The position numbers were made by a program, and so were the translations under genes. Under the pieces are notes generated by a model that was not told the DNA's origin, ran no database searches, and saw only the letters and a program-made list of their open reading frames with translations. A stretch of DNA of 63,779 nt, the filler included, from Folioceros fuciformis (lineage: Eukaryota), in NCBI GenBank assembly GCA_049999805.1. It is 5 parts of 4 records of this genome, joined end to end, with 100 filler letters (N's around TTAATTAATTAA, not from the genome) between each part and the next. Parts side by side here need not be neighbours in the genome. Positions count along the whole stretch, not along the records: positions 1 to 19,576 come from JBNGIO010006356.1; positions 19,677 to 48,644 come from JBNGIO010006356.1; 3 more parts are not named here. One strand, written 5' to 3'. Shown in pieces: positions 12,949-23,856 of the stretch. Positions within the stretch are counted from its first letter, which is position 1, and every line of letters starts with the position of its first letter.

Positions 12949-13343
12949 CCTACCGATCGGGACTCGTATCTCCAACTCAATCCTTGCCGTTGACAGGAAC
13001 AACAGGTGATGAAATGCTCAAAGAATTATCCTGCACCCCGTGACGGGATACGGAATGCAGTCCTTGCTCAAATTTTCGATAATCGCCAAGAACCAATGCG
13101 CTGGTACGAGGGACCAGCCCGCAGCCAGGAGAAAGCATGCGAAGAACGGGACAGCAGTGTCGTTCTGCTTCTGCACCCAGACTCTCCGTCAAGAATCGTC
13201 TTGGCAATTTTTGCGCCAAAGAAAAAGGAGGAAAAAAAAAAAAAGAATCGTCTTGGCAGGACCCCACCTTGGTCCACGTTGGCGGCCACGTAACGCGGGT
13301 GTCGGAACTTGCTGTGCTGAGCTCGAGCGCTAGCTAGCTAGCT

Positions 13344-14274
13344 ATGGCGTCCGCGTTCGCGTGCAGGCTAGCGCAGGTGCAGGCCGAGCCACTCCTAGGG
13401 GGCAGCTGTAGCGTCTTGCCTTGCTCGCTGCATCGTGGGGAAAGGCTTGCTACGAAGCGATGCCGCGCATTCCCGAGTTCCAGCGGCCGCCTGCCGCCGC
13501 TGCAGCGCCGACCTCCGCAATCGGGCTGGATTCTACGCGCTCGTGTGTCGCGGGAAGCGACGGAAGATGAGATGATCGAAGAGGAGGTCGAGGAGGACGC
13601 GGGGCTCGGTATCGGGGAGGTGAGCTGCCGTGCTATGTAGTTCCTGCGTGTGGCGTTGCGAAGCTGGTAACCGAGATGCGTGGGTGACAAGCCTTGCGTG
13701 CTCACAGATCCTTTCCTTGGCGGGGTTAGGGTGTCCGGCCGTGGTGCTGGGAGGACTGTGGTTCTTGGGCCAGCTCCCGCTCACGCTCGTCGTCAGTCTG
13801 GCCGTGCTGCCGGTACTGCAGCGGGCGGCGGGGCCCCTGGTATCGGGATTCTGGGGCTTGATTAGTCCTCCCAAGCGGCAGAGGAAGCCGAAGCCTCGAC
13901 GACGGAGGGGGAATTACCAGGGGCGAGTCTATCAGGACAGGACGGCCGAAGCCCAGTATTCATCACCCGCCGGTGATGCTGCTCCTAGGCAATCTGAGGA
14001 GGAGGCATTTTATTGGCCGGAAGGACCAGTTGATGTGCCCCATGTCCCGGACGTTCCTGCTACTCCAGGGCAGGGGGCAGCTGGAGTTGTGTCCAGTGTT
14101 GGTGGATGGGACCAGCCGGAGTGGAAGGCTGCGCAGCCCAATGCAACCGGGCCTGGGCCCTGGTCCAGATCCTCGTCTACCGCGTTAGCCAGGCCCAGGG
14201 CAGGGCATCCCCTTGTCGTCAGAATGCTCGTTGCCCTTTTCCCTTTCCTCCGCTCTTGGGGTGGGTTCCAGTGA
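13344..14274 (+). CDS. Uncharacterised, probably plastid-targeted membrane protein; exons 13344-13619 and 13708-14274
   Basis: Ser/Arg-rich transit-like N-terminus, phase-0 GTGAG..CAG intron of 88 nt, hydrophobic segment, C-terminal PLVVRMLVALFPFLRSW amphipathic motif. Confidence 0.75.
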
Positions 14275-14959
14275 TCAAATGCCATGTCGTTCCTGCTTCG
14301 GATCTGGACACCCATGCCTGCGAGTTTGCGTACAATTCTTTGCCATCTTCAATCAATTGCATCTGCACAGAATGTGACTTCCGACAGGATTGTGCCTCAG
14401 CATCCTCATGACTGTCTAACGTTTGTCCACAGCCGTTGAAGGTCGACCTGCCGTTTGTAGGACTTCCACGAATCAACCGTAACATGTTACAGGAAATAAG
14501 TCACGCACCGAGCATCAGTAACCTGTCAAGGGAAGCAAACAATCAAGGGAAGCAAACAATCCAGGAGGTCTTGTGGTGAGAGACAGCACGTCCACCCGGG
14601 TTCACCGGCAGGAGGTGTGGTTGCGACATAGAATGTAAGACCGAAGTGATCACTAGCGGGATGAGAAGATCTGGGTTGCACATCACTTCAGCTTCCTTGA
14701 GTCCCATGATTTTGCTTGGCAGAACCGCATATAGAAGCCAACCTGCGGGGATGTGGAGTGTGCTATATGGGTGGAAAGGAGCTATGAGGAGGTGGAAGCG
14801 GGGAGGAGGAGAGGAGGAGTTGCAAAATGGCAAGCAAGGATTAGTGGCAAGCGGAAGCTTGTATGCTTGCGGACTAATCGGACTCGCCGTCCTTCTGGCG
14901 ATGAAGTAGATGTAAGGAGGGTGGGCATTGAATGAGTTGCTCGCTCGAGTCGTACCCGC

Positions 14960-15430
14960 TAACGAAGTGCAAGGTCTGCGTAACGAAGTGCAAGGTCTGC
15001 GGAACGTAACGAAGTGCAAGGTCTGCGGAACGTAACGAAGTGCAAGGTCTGNNNNNNNNNNNNNNNNNNNNNNNNNNNNNNNNNNNNNNNNNNNNNNNNN
15101 NNNNNNNNNNNNNNNNNNNNNNNNNNNNNNNNNNNNNNNNNNNNNNNNNNNACGAAGTGCAAGGTCTGCGGAACGAAGTGCAAGGTCTGCGGAACGAAGT
15201 GCAAGGTCTGCGGAACGAAGTGCAAGGTCTGCGTAACGAAGTGCAAGGTCTGCGTAACGAAGTGCAAGGTCTGCGTAACGAAGTGCAAGGTCTGCGTACC
15301 GAAGTGCAAGGTCTGCGTACCGAAGTACAAGGTCTACGTAACCAAGTGCAAGGTCTACGTAACCAAGTGCAAGGTCTACATCATGAAGTGCAAGGTCTAT
15401 GTAAGGAAGTGCAAGGTCTACATAATGAGG
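14960..15430 (+). repeat. 21-bp tandem repeat (AACGAAGTGCAAGGTCTGCG[G/T]) spanning a gap; encodes an EVQGLRN heptad
   Basis: At least 16 visible copies, diverging toward the 3' end; gap at 15052-15151. Confidence 0.95.
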
Positions 15431-15879
15431 CAAATTCATCCCAACCTAGGCATAAAGACTATGTAGTTAGTGTGTTTTTAAGCCCCCATGCATACCTTGG
15501 TCTACTTTACCTTTGCTAACTGTTCTTGTTCATGAATGTGGATATGGAAGGGCACGAGGGTGGGGACGAGGACGAGGAAGAGAATGATCAAGGAAATGAG
15601 GAACTTGGCACTCAAGCTCGAAATCTAGTGTCTGGCAACTCAAATGGTGTCGCTCACAATGACAGACTCCCATATTACCAACTGGGCTATTGAAGGATCT
15701 ACTACTACGACTCATCGTTTATGACACACTCTAGCGATACTAGCATGGAATTGGTATATATGTCATGGTGATTTCATTATAAATAAACTTACATGTTTTA
15801 TAGGCTATATCAATCCAAAGGTTCATATCAACCTATGTTGCATGTGCCTAAGATAAGGATAATTGAAACAAGGCATTTA

Positions 15880-16147
15880 AGGGCTCCACTTATGTAAGAG
15901 ATACACTATGACTTTCATCATATTCATAGTGAATTGCACATGACCAATCTTTAGCTCATCCATTCACTTGCATGTCATATGTATGTCAGCCATGGGAGTG
16001 AAGTTGGAAAATTGGAGGAGAGTGAGGGTAACCTATTTGGTGCCTATTTCTCTGACCACTACAAGTCTTCAAAACTGACTACACAGTTCAATGGAATGTA
16101 CTACACATGCTCAAACTATTGCACCGCATCCACTTACGCATTAAAAA
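15880..16147. repeat. Dispersed repeat with a second, partly inverted copy at 23821-23856 + 30354-30560
   Basis: 15880-16013 is the reverse complement of 23821-23856 joined to 30359-30458; 16047-16147 matches 30459-30560 directly. Confidence 0.85.
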
Positions 16148-16749
16148 CACAACAAGATCATGAGTATTATGAATTATGCCCTGCATTAGAAGTCATAATT
16201 TGAGGACAATGATATTTTTTTTTCTCATCGGGAAAAAAATAACTAGATAAAAGGTAAGAGTAAAAATGATATAAATAAATAAAATGGATAAAAAAAATAT
16301 AAAGGCAACACTATGATTTAGAAAAGAAAAGGTCAAAAAAAAAAATGAGAGCTAATAGAAAGTAATGTGTATGGAAGGGTGAAGTTAACAATCACCATTA
16401 CTTTGAGAAAATGAATAGTGTTTATGGTTTGCAATATTTGTGGTTGTATTTAAGGCCTAGAGCACGAGATTTTCAAGACACTGATTCCGAGTGTTTCAAG
16501 ATACTCATTCCTTGATAAGAGCATTCTATAGAGAGGGCTATGGAGAGCAAGGTTGTAAAGAGTCAACGATAATAAGAAGTTGAGTGTAGGTCTCCTCCTA
16601 AGTAGGTGTGGAGATCACATGGTAGATAGGTCTCTTTGAAAAATGGTAGTATTTGTTTTTTTGAGTTTTGAGTGAATTCCGTGGAAAGATAATTAGGAAA
16701 ATATATTAAATAGGACTAGATTAGATAGGCTAATCAGGAGATAGTGGTG

Positions 16750-19516
16750 GTGGAGTTCAAAAAGTGAACACTCGTCTAGCTGACCCGTGCCCGTGGAGAG
16801 GGGTGCCGACGTGTGTGGAACCCTAGGTCGGGCGTGTGAGGGCGAGTTGGGGCCTCGGGAGCGTGCGAAAGGCGGTTGGGCATAGGCATGGGGGTGGGGT
16901 GCTTAGACTTGCCATGGCCTTGCCTAGGTGCACCAGGGGTTGAGGACCCTAAGAGCAGGCGGCCACGCAAGAAGGGGCCAAGGTTATGGGTGTAGGGTTA
17001 TTAAAGCCCAATGTGCTTAGACTAATGTGATTAGTCTAATAAAACTAGTGTGATAAGTTTAATTAGACTAATGTAATTAGTCTAAGATTAGTGTTTAATT
17101 ATCATTAGCTTAAGCTAATCTTTAGGAAGCCTCCTGCATAGCTTCCTGTGAGCTTCTTGTGAAGTCCCTTGGGAGCTTTTCTAGAGGGTATAAATACCCT
17201 CTTGAGCTCCCTTTGCAATAGAGCTGTGGGAGACACTGTGAGACCTCTCTTTCTCCATGCTCCTCTAATGATCCTTTCAGCGGGTGCATCAGATCTGGGG
17301 GCAAAGCTAGGCAACCAAGGAAGCGGGTGTGGGGGCAAAGCTAGGCAGCCAAGGAAGCGGGTGTGCGGTTATGTTCAGGTGGAAGGGCTGGAGAGCCAGG
17401 AGAGCCGGCCACCTCGGACTGGTTGGTTAGGGCGGATGGCGATCGGTTAAGTGGATCTAGACGGGGGTGGAGCCGGAGCTAGCCAGCCAAACGACACCCG
17501 GCCAGGTGGGAGCGTCGACTCTGGGTGAGTGGCCTGGAGGATAGCCAGACCAGCGAAGGGCCAGTTGTTCGACTAGCTATGCTGGACGATTGGGCAAAGC
17601 TGGAACATGGGGCGGTGTGGACCCCGTCAGATGTCTGTAGGTAGGGCCAGCGCCGATGGCCGCGATCGGGGCAGCCGACCTGGTCATCACGAATGGGCGG
17701 CGAGTGCAGAACGGCTGCCGGACCAGGCTCAAAAGGAGCAGGCCGACCGAGAGGCTGGCTGCCTGGCCACATCCCAGTGGCTAGACGCGACCAGCCAACC
17801 AGCGGGCTAGTTGGGCAGGTGGCTGGTTGTGGCAGCTTGTCACAGCTGGGCCAGACAGCCTAAGGCGGCGCTGGACTTGGGGCTAGACTGGGCTCTAACT
17901 GATTCAGGCCGAGCGGGCCAGCAGGTGGGGGGTTGGCTAGCAGAGGAGGCCCCAGTTGGGGGCAGGCCGCTCCGGCAGGTTGTGGCAAGCCGGAGCGGAT
18001 CAGGCAGACCGCCCAGCTTGTAGGGGCTGACCGGGGTGGACCTGAGCCGGGCCGGAGCCAGGAGGTGGCCGAGGGCTGGTTGGCTAGCTGACTGGCCACT
18101 GAGGGGCCTAGCCAGCATGCCAGCCCAGCCCAGCAGGCGAGCTGTCTGGCCAGGTCTAGGAGGGCAGGAGGCCTGGCATGTCGGTGGGCAGGCCAGCTGG
18201 AGAGTAGGCGTTCCGACTGGGCGTCTGGGGCTGGCTGTGGCTGCTCACGACTGGTGCCAGGTAGCCTGGAGCGTAGAGGAGCAGCCAGCCTACAGGCTCA
18301 TTGGCTGGCCTGGCTGGGCGGATCCAGGCTGGTCGGGAACGGGGTTGGATCTGGAGGTTGGCAAGTGGCTAGCAGCAACCGGGTCCTGGCCGGCAGGGCG
18401 CTCCGGGGCCTGGCAGGCCAGGGTTGGGTTGAAGCAGGCCGTGTCGGCGCGGGGGTAGGCTGGGTTTGGGCCGAGGTCCCGGGTGGATCTGGCCGAATGC
18501 AGGGCGGTGGTGTCGGATCGACACGCCAGGCAGCCAGGCAAGGCTGCCAGATCGTGGAGGCGGCCAAAGCCGACTAGGTAGCAGGTGTCGAATCGGCGGC
18601 TGCTGTTGAGGGCTCAGCCAGGCCGGGCCATGGCGGCTAGGCAGGGGGCTGAGTCGCAGCGGTCCTGCGATCCGCTGGTCGAGATGGAGCCAGGTAGGAG
18701 CTGGCTGGCAGGTACGTCTAGCTTGTTGGCCGGATCTAGCCAGCCCGGAGCTAGCAATGCGGCGGCGCTAGATCCACGGGTGTACCAGACCGCGGCCGGT
18801 CCCGGGCTGAGGACGGGGCTAGTTGGCTGGATGCAGCTGGAGGTAGGGTGGCCCCGCTGCTGGCGGCTGGCCAAGGTGGTTCCAGCCAGCCAGTCGGCAA
18901 GTTGGATGTATTGGAGGCGAAGCAGCCAAGCTGAATCCAGGCAGGAAGTCAGAAGAAAGGTGACGGGCTGTTGAGGAGTCTCGACAACAGTGAGCCTGGG
19001 CCGGCTGCATGCAGGCAACAGGCGGGCCAGCAAGCTGGCCGCCCGGATGGATCATGAGGCCAGCAGCGGCCCAGCTGCGGGTGGCTGGCCGGGGTGGATC
19101 CGGGTAGCCAGGCCGATGGGCTGGACCCTGGTCCGTCAGCGACCTGGCTGAATCGGGGCCGAAGCCGCCCGGCTAAAGGGGGCGAGTTCGGCCGGGATGG
19201 CTTGGCTGGTCACGGCTAGCCGCAACGGCTGAGGCCTTTGGCCAGCGGGCCCAAGTGACCCTTGGTTGGATCAAGTGCCAGGCCAAGCGGGCGGCCCAGC
19301 TTGTTGGTGGGGAGGCCCGCTACAAGTGAGGGGAAGATGGACTGGTCGGGATCATGTGCAGGCTGGCCTAGGCTGTGTTTAGCAAGATGGCTAGCTAGCT
19401 AGGATGGGGGTCGGCACCGAGTAAGTTGTATCAGTAACCTAGCTGACGACTAGTTGGTGGCAGGATCACAAGCAGGGTACGGGTTGGATCCAAGCAGACG
19501 GTGGCTGACTGAGGTG
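16750..19516. mobile_element. GC-rich low-complexity TE-like region (possible LTR/internal region of a large retroelement)
   Basis: Dense GGCTGGCC/CCAGCC motifs and many CTAG words, TATAAATA inside a palindrome at 17183-17202, ~34-bp direct duplication at 17297-17365. No recognisable protein. Confidence 0.4.
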
Positions 19517-19576
19517 AAAGAAGTGAAGAAGTGAAGAAGTGAAGAAGTGAAGAAGTGAAGAAGTGAAGAAGTGAAG
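19512..19576 (+). repeat. (GAAGTGAA)n 8-bp tandem repeat running into a gap
   Basis: About 7 perfect copies. Confidence 0.95.
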
Positions 19577-22500
19577 NNNNNNNNNNNNNNNNNNNNNNNN
19601 NNNNNNNNNNNNNNNNNNNNTTAATTAATTAANNNNNNNNNNNNNNNNNNNNNNNNNNNNNNNNNNNNNNNNNNNNGTACACCCTCAGTTCTGGTCCTCA
19701 ACATTTTTGTTTTGACCTTATTCACCCGCCAATCCTCCATCTCTAATGGAGGCTCTTTCCACGGTTTATTTCTCTCTCTGAGATTATAACGACCTCGTGT
19801 TTCAGCTGCAGGAACCTCCTCAACAATGGGTATGTCACCATCTACTTCAGCATGCATATCAACTTCAACTTGCTGGTTCAAACCAGAGTCATCCACAGAA
19901 GTGCTGTCCAGTTCACCATCGTCAGGTTCAAGTGCGAAAGTTTCAGCATCTTCTTCAAAGTAACAAACTTCCACATCTGTTGGTTCAGCATTCTCTCCTG
20001 CAGGGGACCACTCCAAGACATCTTCGTCCTCATTGTCAGGCTGATCCACTACCCCACCATCAAGATTGGGGCTGTAAGACTGTACTTGATGGTTTTAACA
20101 AGCTCTTTTCATCAAAGATAACACTTCTTGCATGACTCACGACCCGTGACAAAGGGTCATATAGTTTGTATGCTTTTATACCATCAGTATACCCAATAAA
20201 AATTAACTTCTGAGCTCTGTCATGCAGCTTGGTCCTACGCTTGGGTTTGGGAACGAAGGCATACGCAGGTGAACCAAAGATCCTTAAATGTTGGACAGCA
20301 GGCTTCCGACCCCACCATGCCTCGAACGGAGTAGTACCAGGTAACACTCGAGTTGGCAGCCTGTTTAGTAAATAGTTGGCAGTGTTGATTGCCTCACCCC
20401 AATAATGCCGAGGCAGACGTGCTTGCTTGAGCAGGGCTCGTGCTGTCTCCTGAAGGAGCTGGTTCTTCTTCTTAGCTACGCCATTGAGTTGTGCAGTGTA
20501 CGGGACAGTCAGCTGTCGTTGGATGCCAAGACTCCGGCATTAAGCAGTGAACTCTCCTGAGGTATATTCCCCACCATTGTCGGATCGAAGGCATCTCAGA
20601 CTGCGACCATGATGGCGCTCTCCTAACTGCAAATACTCCTTGAAATGTTGCAGGGTCTCACTTTTATGCTTAAGAATATACAGCATGCAATAACGAGTGC
20701 AGTCATCAATGAAGGTCAGGAAAAATGAGCCACCACCAATCGAAGGTACAGAGATGGGACCACAAATGTCCGAGTGCACAAGCTCCAAGGGGACTACAGC
20801 CCGATGTGCTCCTGATTTATCACAAGGTAACTCATGATGCTTGCCATAAATGCAAGCCTCGCACAGGGGCAAATCCCCCACTTGTCCTGGAATCCCATCT
20901 GAATATAATGTGCTGTTGGTCATGGCCAGGAGTTTGTTTCCATGCGGATGCCCACAGTGTAAATGCCAGACAGTTGCAACTTCTTCTGGAGACAAGTTCC
21001 CACTAATGCCTGCAACGTGCAGCTCAGGTAACCTGCTCCCTAACAGGCTAAGTTGATAAATGTCATTAACAGGGTAGCCTTCCGCAACAGCAACTCGCGG
21101 ATCTCTACTCTCAACTATCGTGCATTTATCATCCTTGAACATGACGTGCATGGGTAGGTCAGATGTCAACTTGCGTACTGACAGCAAGTTTTTCGTGACC
21201 GCAGGTACGTGCAGAACATCTGCCAAATCCAAACTTCTGCCATGATGCAACTTCAAAGTTACTTTACCAGTCCCAAGAATAGGTAAAGTGCTCTCATCTC
21301 CCAACATTACTGACTGCGCTTCATTGTACGGTGTATAGTCACTGAAGCATGATTTGTTATGGCAGATGTGCGCAGAGGCACCAGAATCAATAAACCAGTC
21401 TGGAGTTCGAAATCCAGACGTGGTGAGGCACACTGTCAAAATAACTTGTGCAGGTTTCTTCTTCGGTGCATTCACAGCATGTGCCTCAGGCACCCCAGCA
21501 GCACCCTCCTTCCTAGGCTCTCCAGCCTTCTTTTTACGGCAATCACGTGCCCAATGACCAGGTATTCCGCACCAGTTGCAATTACTTGTCCTCTTTGGAT
21601 TGTTAGAGCTCTGTCCAGGTCCAGTTGACCTGCCCCCTCGACTAGCATTCCATGAACCTCCTATGCCTCTTATAAAGGGTTTACCCCTACCAGCAAACAG
21701 GACTTGCTGACCCTGTGTCTGCTGCCTTCCAGGTCTAGAGGCCAGCCGTGTGGCTTCCTCCTACAGCATGGCTCCAACAACACCGTTAAATGTCATGGAC
21801 TCTGCATCTAAATTCAAGGCCTTTGAGATTCTTGCTTCGACCTTTGCCATGGCCTGCTGGCCAGTGACAAACGGACCATAACTTGGAGGTAATGAGCTCA
21901 GCAGCCTGCATGCTGCCTCATAATCCGTGACTTTCACTCCTGTAGAGCTCAACTTAGCACGTGCAATGCGAAATCTTGCAATGTAGTGCTCAACCGACTC
22001 ACCCTCTGTCATGCGCAGGCTGTGATATCGTTCAGACACAGACATAGATGCAGCCATGTCGTGGGAGGCAAACATCATTGCCAGATGATCCCACATGTCT
22101 TTTGCTGTGTCACCTCGACCATCAGAGGCCTGCCTCAGCATCTCAGGGGCCAGGCCTGACCTGATGAGATTCTTGGCTTTGATGTCTCCAAGTGCCCACA
22201 CTGGATAATCTGCTGAAGTTACTGCAGGTTTTTCTACATCTCCATTCACCCCTGCCCACAGGTTCTTTTCCTCCAGAGCTCCTTGCATTCTCATTACCCA
22301 TATATCATACTCGCTGCCAGTGACCAGTCTGTCCTTCTCTTTAAATCCTCTGCTGGTCAGTGCCTGCAGGGCTGAGAGCATGTCCTCTCTCGCTTTGTCT
22401 TCATCACCCATTTTTAAGTTTCTATACCACTTATAGTCTTCGTGTGAATAATGTGTGTTCACCGAGGCACGATCAGAGGCAGCATCAACCTGAGTGTTCA

Positions 22501-22600
22501 GGTCATCATTATCCTCACTGAAGTCGTAGAGTCCTACCTCCTGAGCTAGTCTCCTTAACTATTCAGGTGTTGTATACGAAATCTCCTGATCACTCATAGA

Positions 22601-23149
22601 TCAGCAGCTCCCATCATGAGCTGAATCAGCTTGCTTTGACTGACACACTACATAGGTTGGATGACCCTGCTTGGACTGACTCGTCTGAGCGGCTCTCTCG
22701 TTTTCTTGCCAATTTGGCTTCATGATAACAAATATTTTCAAGTCAATTTGTTTCAAGTGTTCTTCTAACCTGGCAATATTGTCTGTCAAGGTATCTAAGG
22801 TGGTGAGAATGTGCTGGGTACGACAGAGGGCTGTACTCTTAATGTTATCAAGTCTTTGGGTCAAGTGGTGGACAGCAACTGCAAGGGATTCGTTTGATTC
22901 TCTGGCAGGTTGAGGAAAACGTTGTGGTGTGACACGATCTCTGAAAACAAACTGGTTTCTATTCTGGAGTGACCTACGATGGGCATGGATACTAGGATTG
23001 GCTATTGCTAGCTCAGGAATTCTATTTAAAAGATCTCTCCAGTCAGGACGACCTTGTCTACTAGGGGAAATATTAGTGACCTCATACGGGGGGACAGGAT
23101 GGTAAGTTCGTGACTCCGCTCCTTTGTTCCTCCTACGACGGTATGCCAT
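22601..23149 (-). CDS. Accessory ORF2 of copia A (coiled-coil), upstream of and in frame with gag
   Basis: 182-aa ATG-initiated ORF; 51-aa ungapped similarity to ORF 49339-50046 of copia B. Confidence 0.6.
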   Translation of the reverse strand: MAYRRRRNKGAESRTYHPVPPYEVTNISPSRQGRPDWRDLLNRIPELAIANPSIHAHRRSLQNRNQFVFRDRVTPQRFPQPARESNESLAVAVHHLTQRLDNIKSTALCRTQHILTTLDTLTDNIARLEEHLKQIDLKIFVIMKPNWQENERAAQTSQSKQGHPTYVVCQSKQADSAHDGSC

Positions 23150-23205
23150 GCAACATTCCCCACCAGTTCTAACTGCTTACTGGCTGTGCAGGTCCAGGAT
23201 CAGCG

Positions 23206-23415
23206 CTAGACGCGCCTTGCAAACTTCTTGTTGAGCATGAGTCTTGCACGCTTTCGAACAGAGAAGCACCAGCGCTTGGGATACAGGGCCATGACCTCCT
23301 CTCTAGCCAGGACTGATTCAACTGCCCGCTCAATCAGAAATGCAAGCTCTGGGTTCAAGAAAGGGCGCAAGAACATCATCCATTCAACCCACTGCTGCAG
23401 ATTCAGGTAGCCCAT
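23206..23415 (-). CDS. Accessory ORF1 of copia A (69 aa)
   Basis: ATG-initiated ORF just after the PBS; similar to the 40-aa ORF 49045-49167 of copia B. Confidence 0.45.
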   Translation of the reverse strand: MGYLNLQQWVEWMMFLRPFLNPELAFLIERAVESVLAREEVMALYPKRWCFSVRKRARLMLNKKFARRV

Positions 23416-23555
23416 GGCAGCAGATTTCCAGGGTTGCTAACTCGTGTGCAGGGCGTTGGTGTGATCCATGGGTTTTCTGTCAAGGTGACAAGAAGCATTT
23501 GCGCCTTGCTAGAGGGCGCAGGGGTCGTAGCAACTCCTGGCCTGCTCTGATACCA

Positions 23556-23820
23556 TGATGTTTTTATAGAACGATAGATTGATTAACAGCGAGCACAAGG
23601 CATGAATATTCAGCAAATAGCAACACCCTCGCGTGTGTGTGCGTGAGAGACATAGTTGTAGCGGTTAGTTAGTTCTTGGTACGTAACTATCTTGTAGTTG
23701 TAACTACCATGTAACCCTATTTACTCGAAACGAAAACTACATTAATATATTTATTTATATGTTTTATACCTAATATATATATAAACCTAATTAGGAGGTG
23801 TGAACCTAATCTATCCAACA
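23556..23820 (-). repeat. 5' LTR of copia element A (265 bp)
   Basis: Starts TGTTGG and ends CATCA on the minus strand, directly followed by the tRNA-Met PBS. Confidence 0.8.
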
Positions 23821-23856
23821 CAAGTTTCCAACTTCATCCTCATGGCCGACATACAT

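Larger units (their letters stand above)
19677..23820 (-). mobile_element. Ty1/copia element A (5' LTR, PBS, accessory ORFs, gag, protease, integrase); RT/3' end lost in gap
   Basis: LTR TG..CA at 23820-23556; PBS TGGTATCAGAGC at 23555-23544; gag FKEKDRL..YDIWVMRMQGAL; CCHC knuckle; WFIDSGAS; ELVHSDICGP; LRSDNGGEY. In-frame stops at 21761 and 20540. Confidence 0.93.

Noticed and set aside
15014-15466. CxxC-repeat (TKCKVCG) and minus-strand (ADLALRY, QTLHFV) ORFs
   Set aside because: Alternative frames of the 21-bp repeat; the cysteines mutate to Tyr, while the EVQGL frame changes synonymously.
17479-19055. Many overlapping 60-140-aa ORFs
   Set aside because: Expected in GC-rich low-complexity DNA; no domain motifs.
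19621-19632. TTAATTAATTAA palindrome inside N-runs (also near 48689, 55086, 58386)
   Set aside because: Identical word centred in gaps with stops in all frames: a scaffolding spacer, not biology. Adjacency across these gaps is therefore uncertain.
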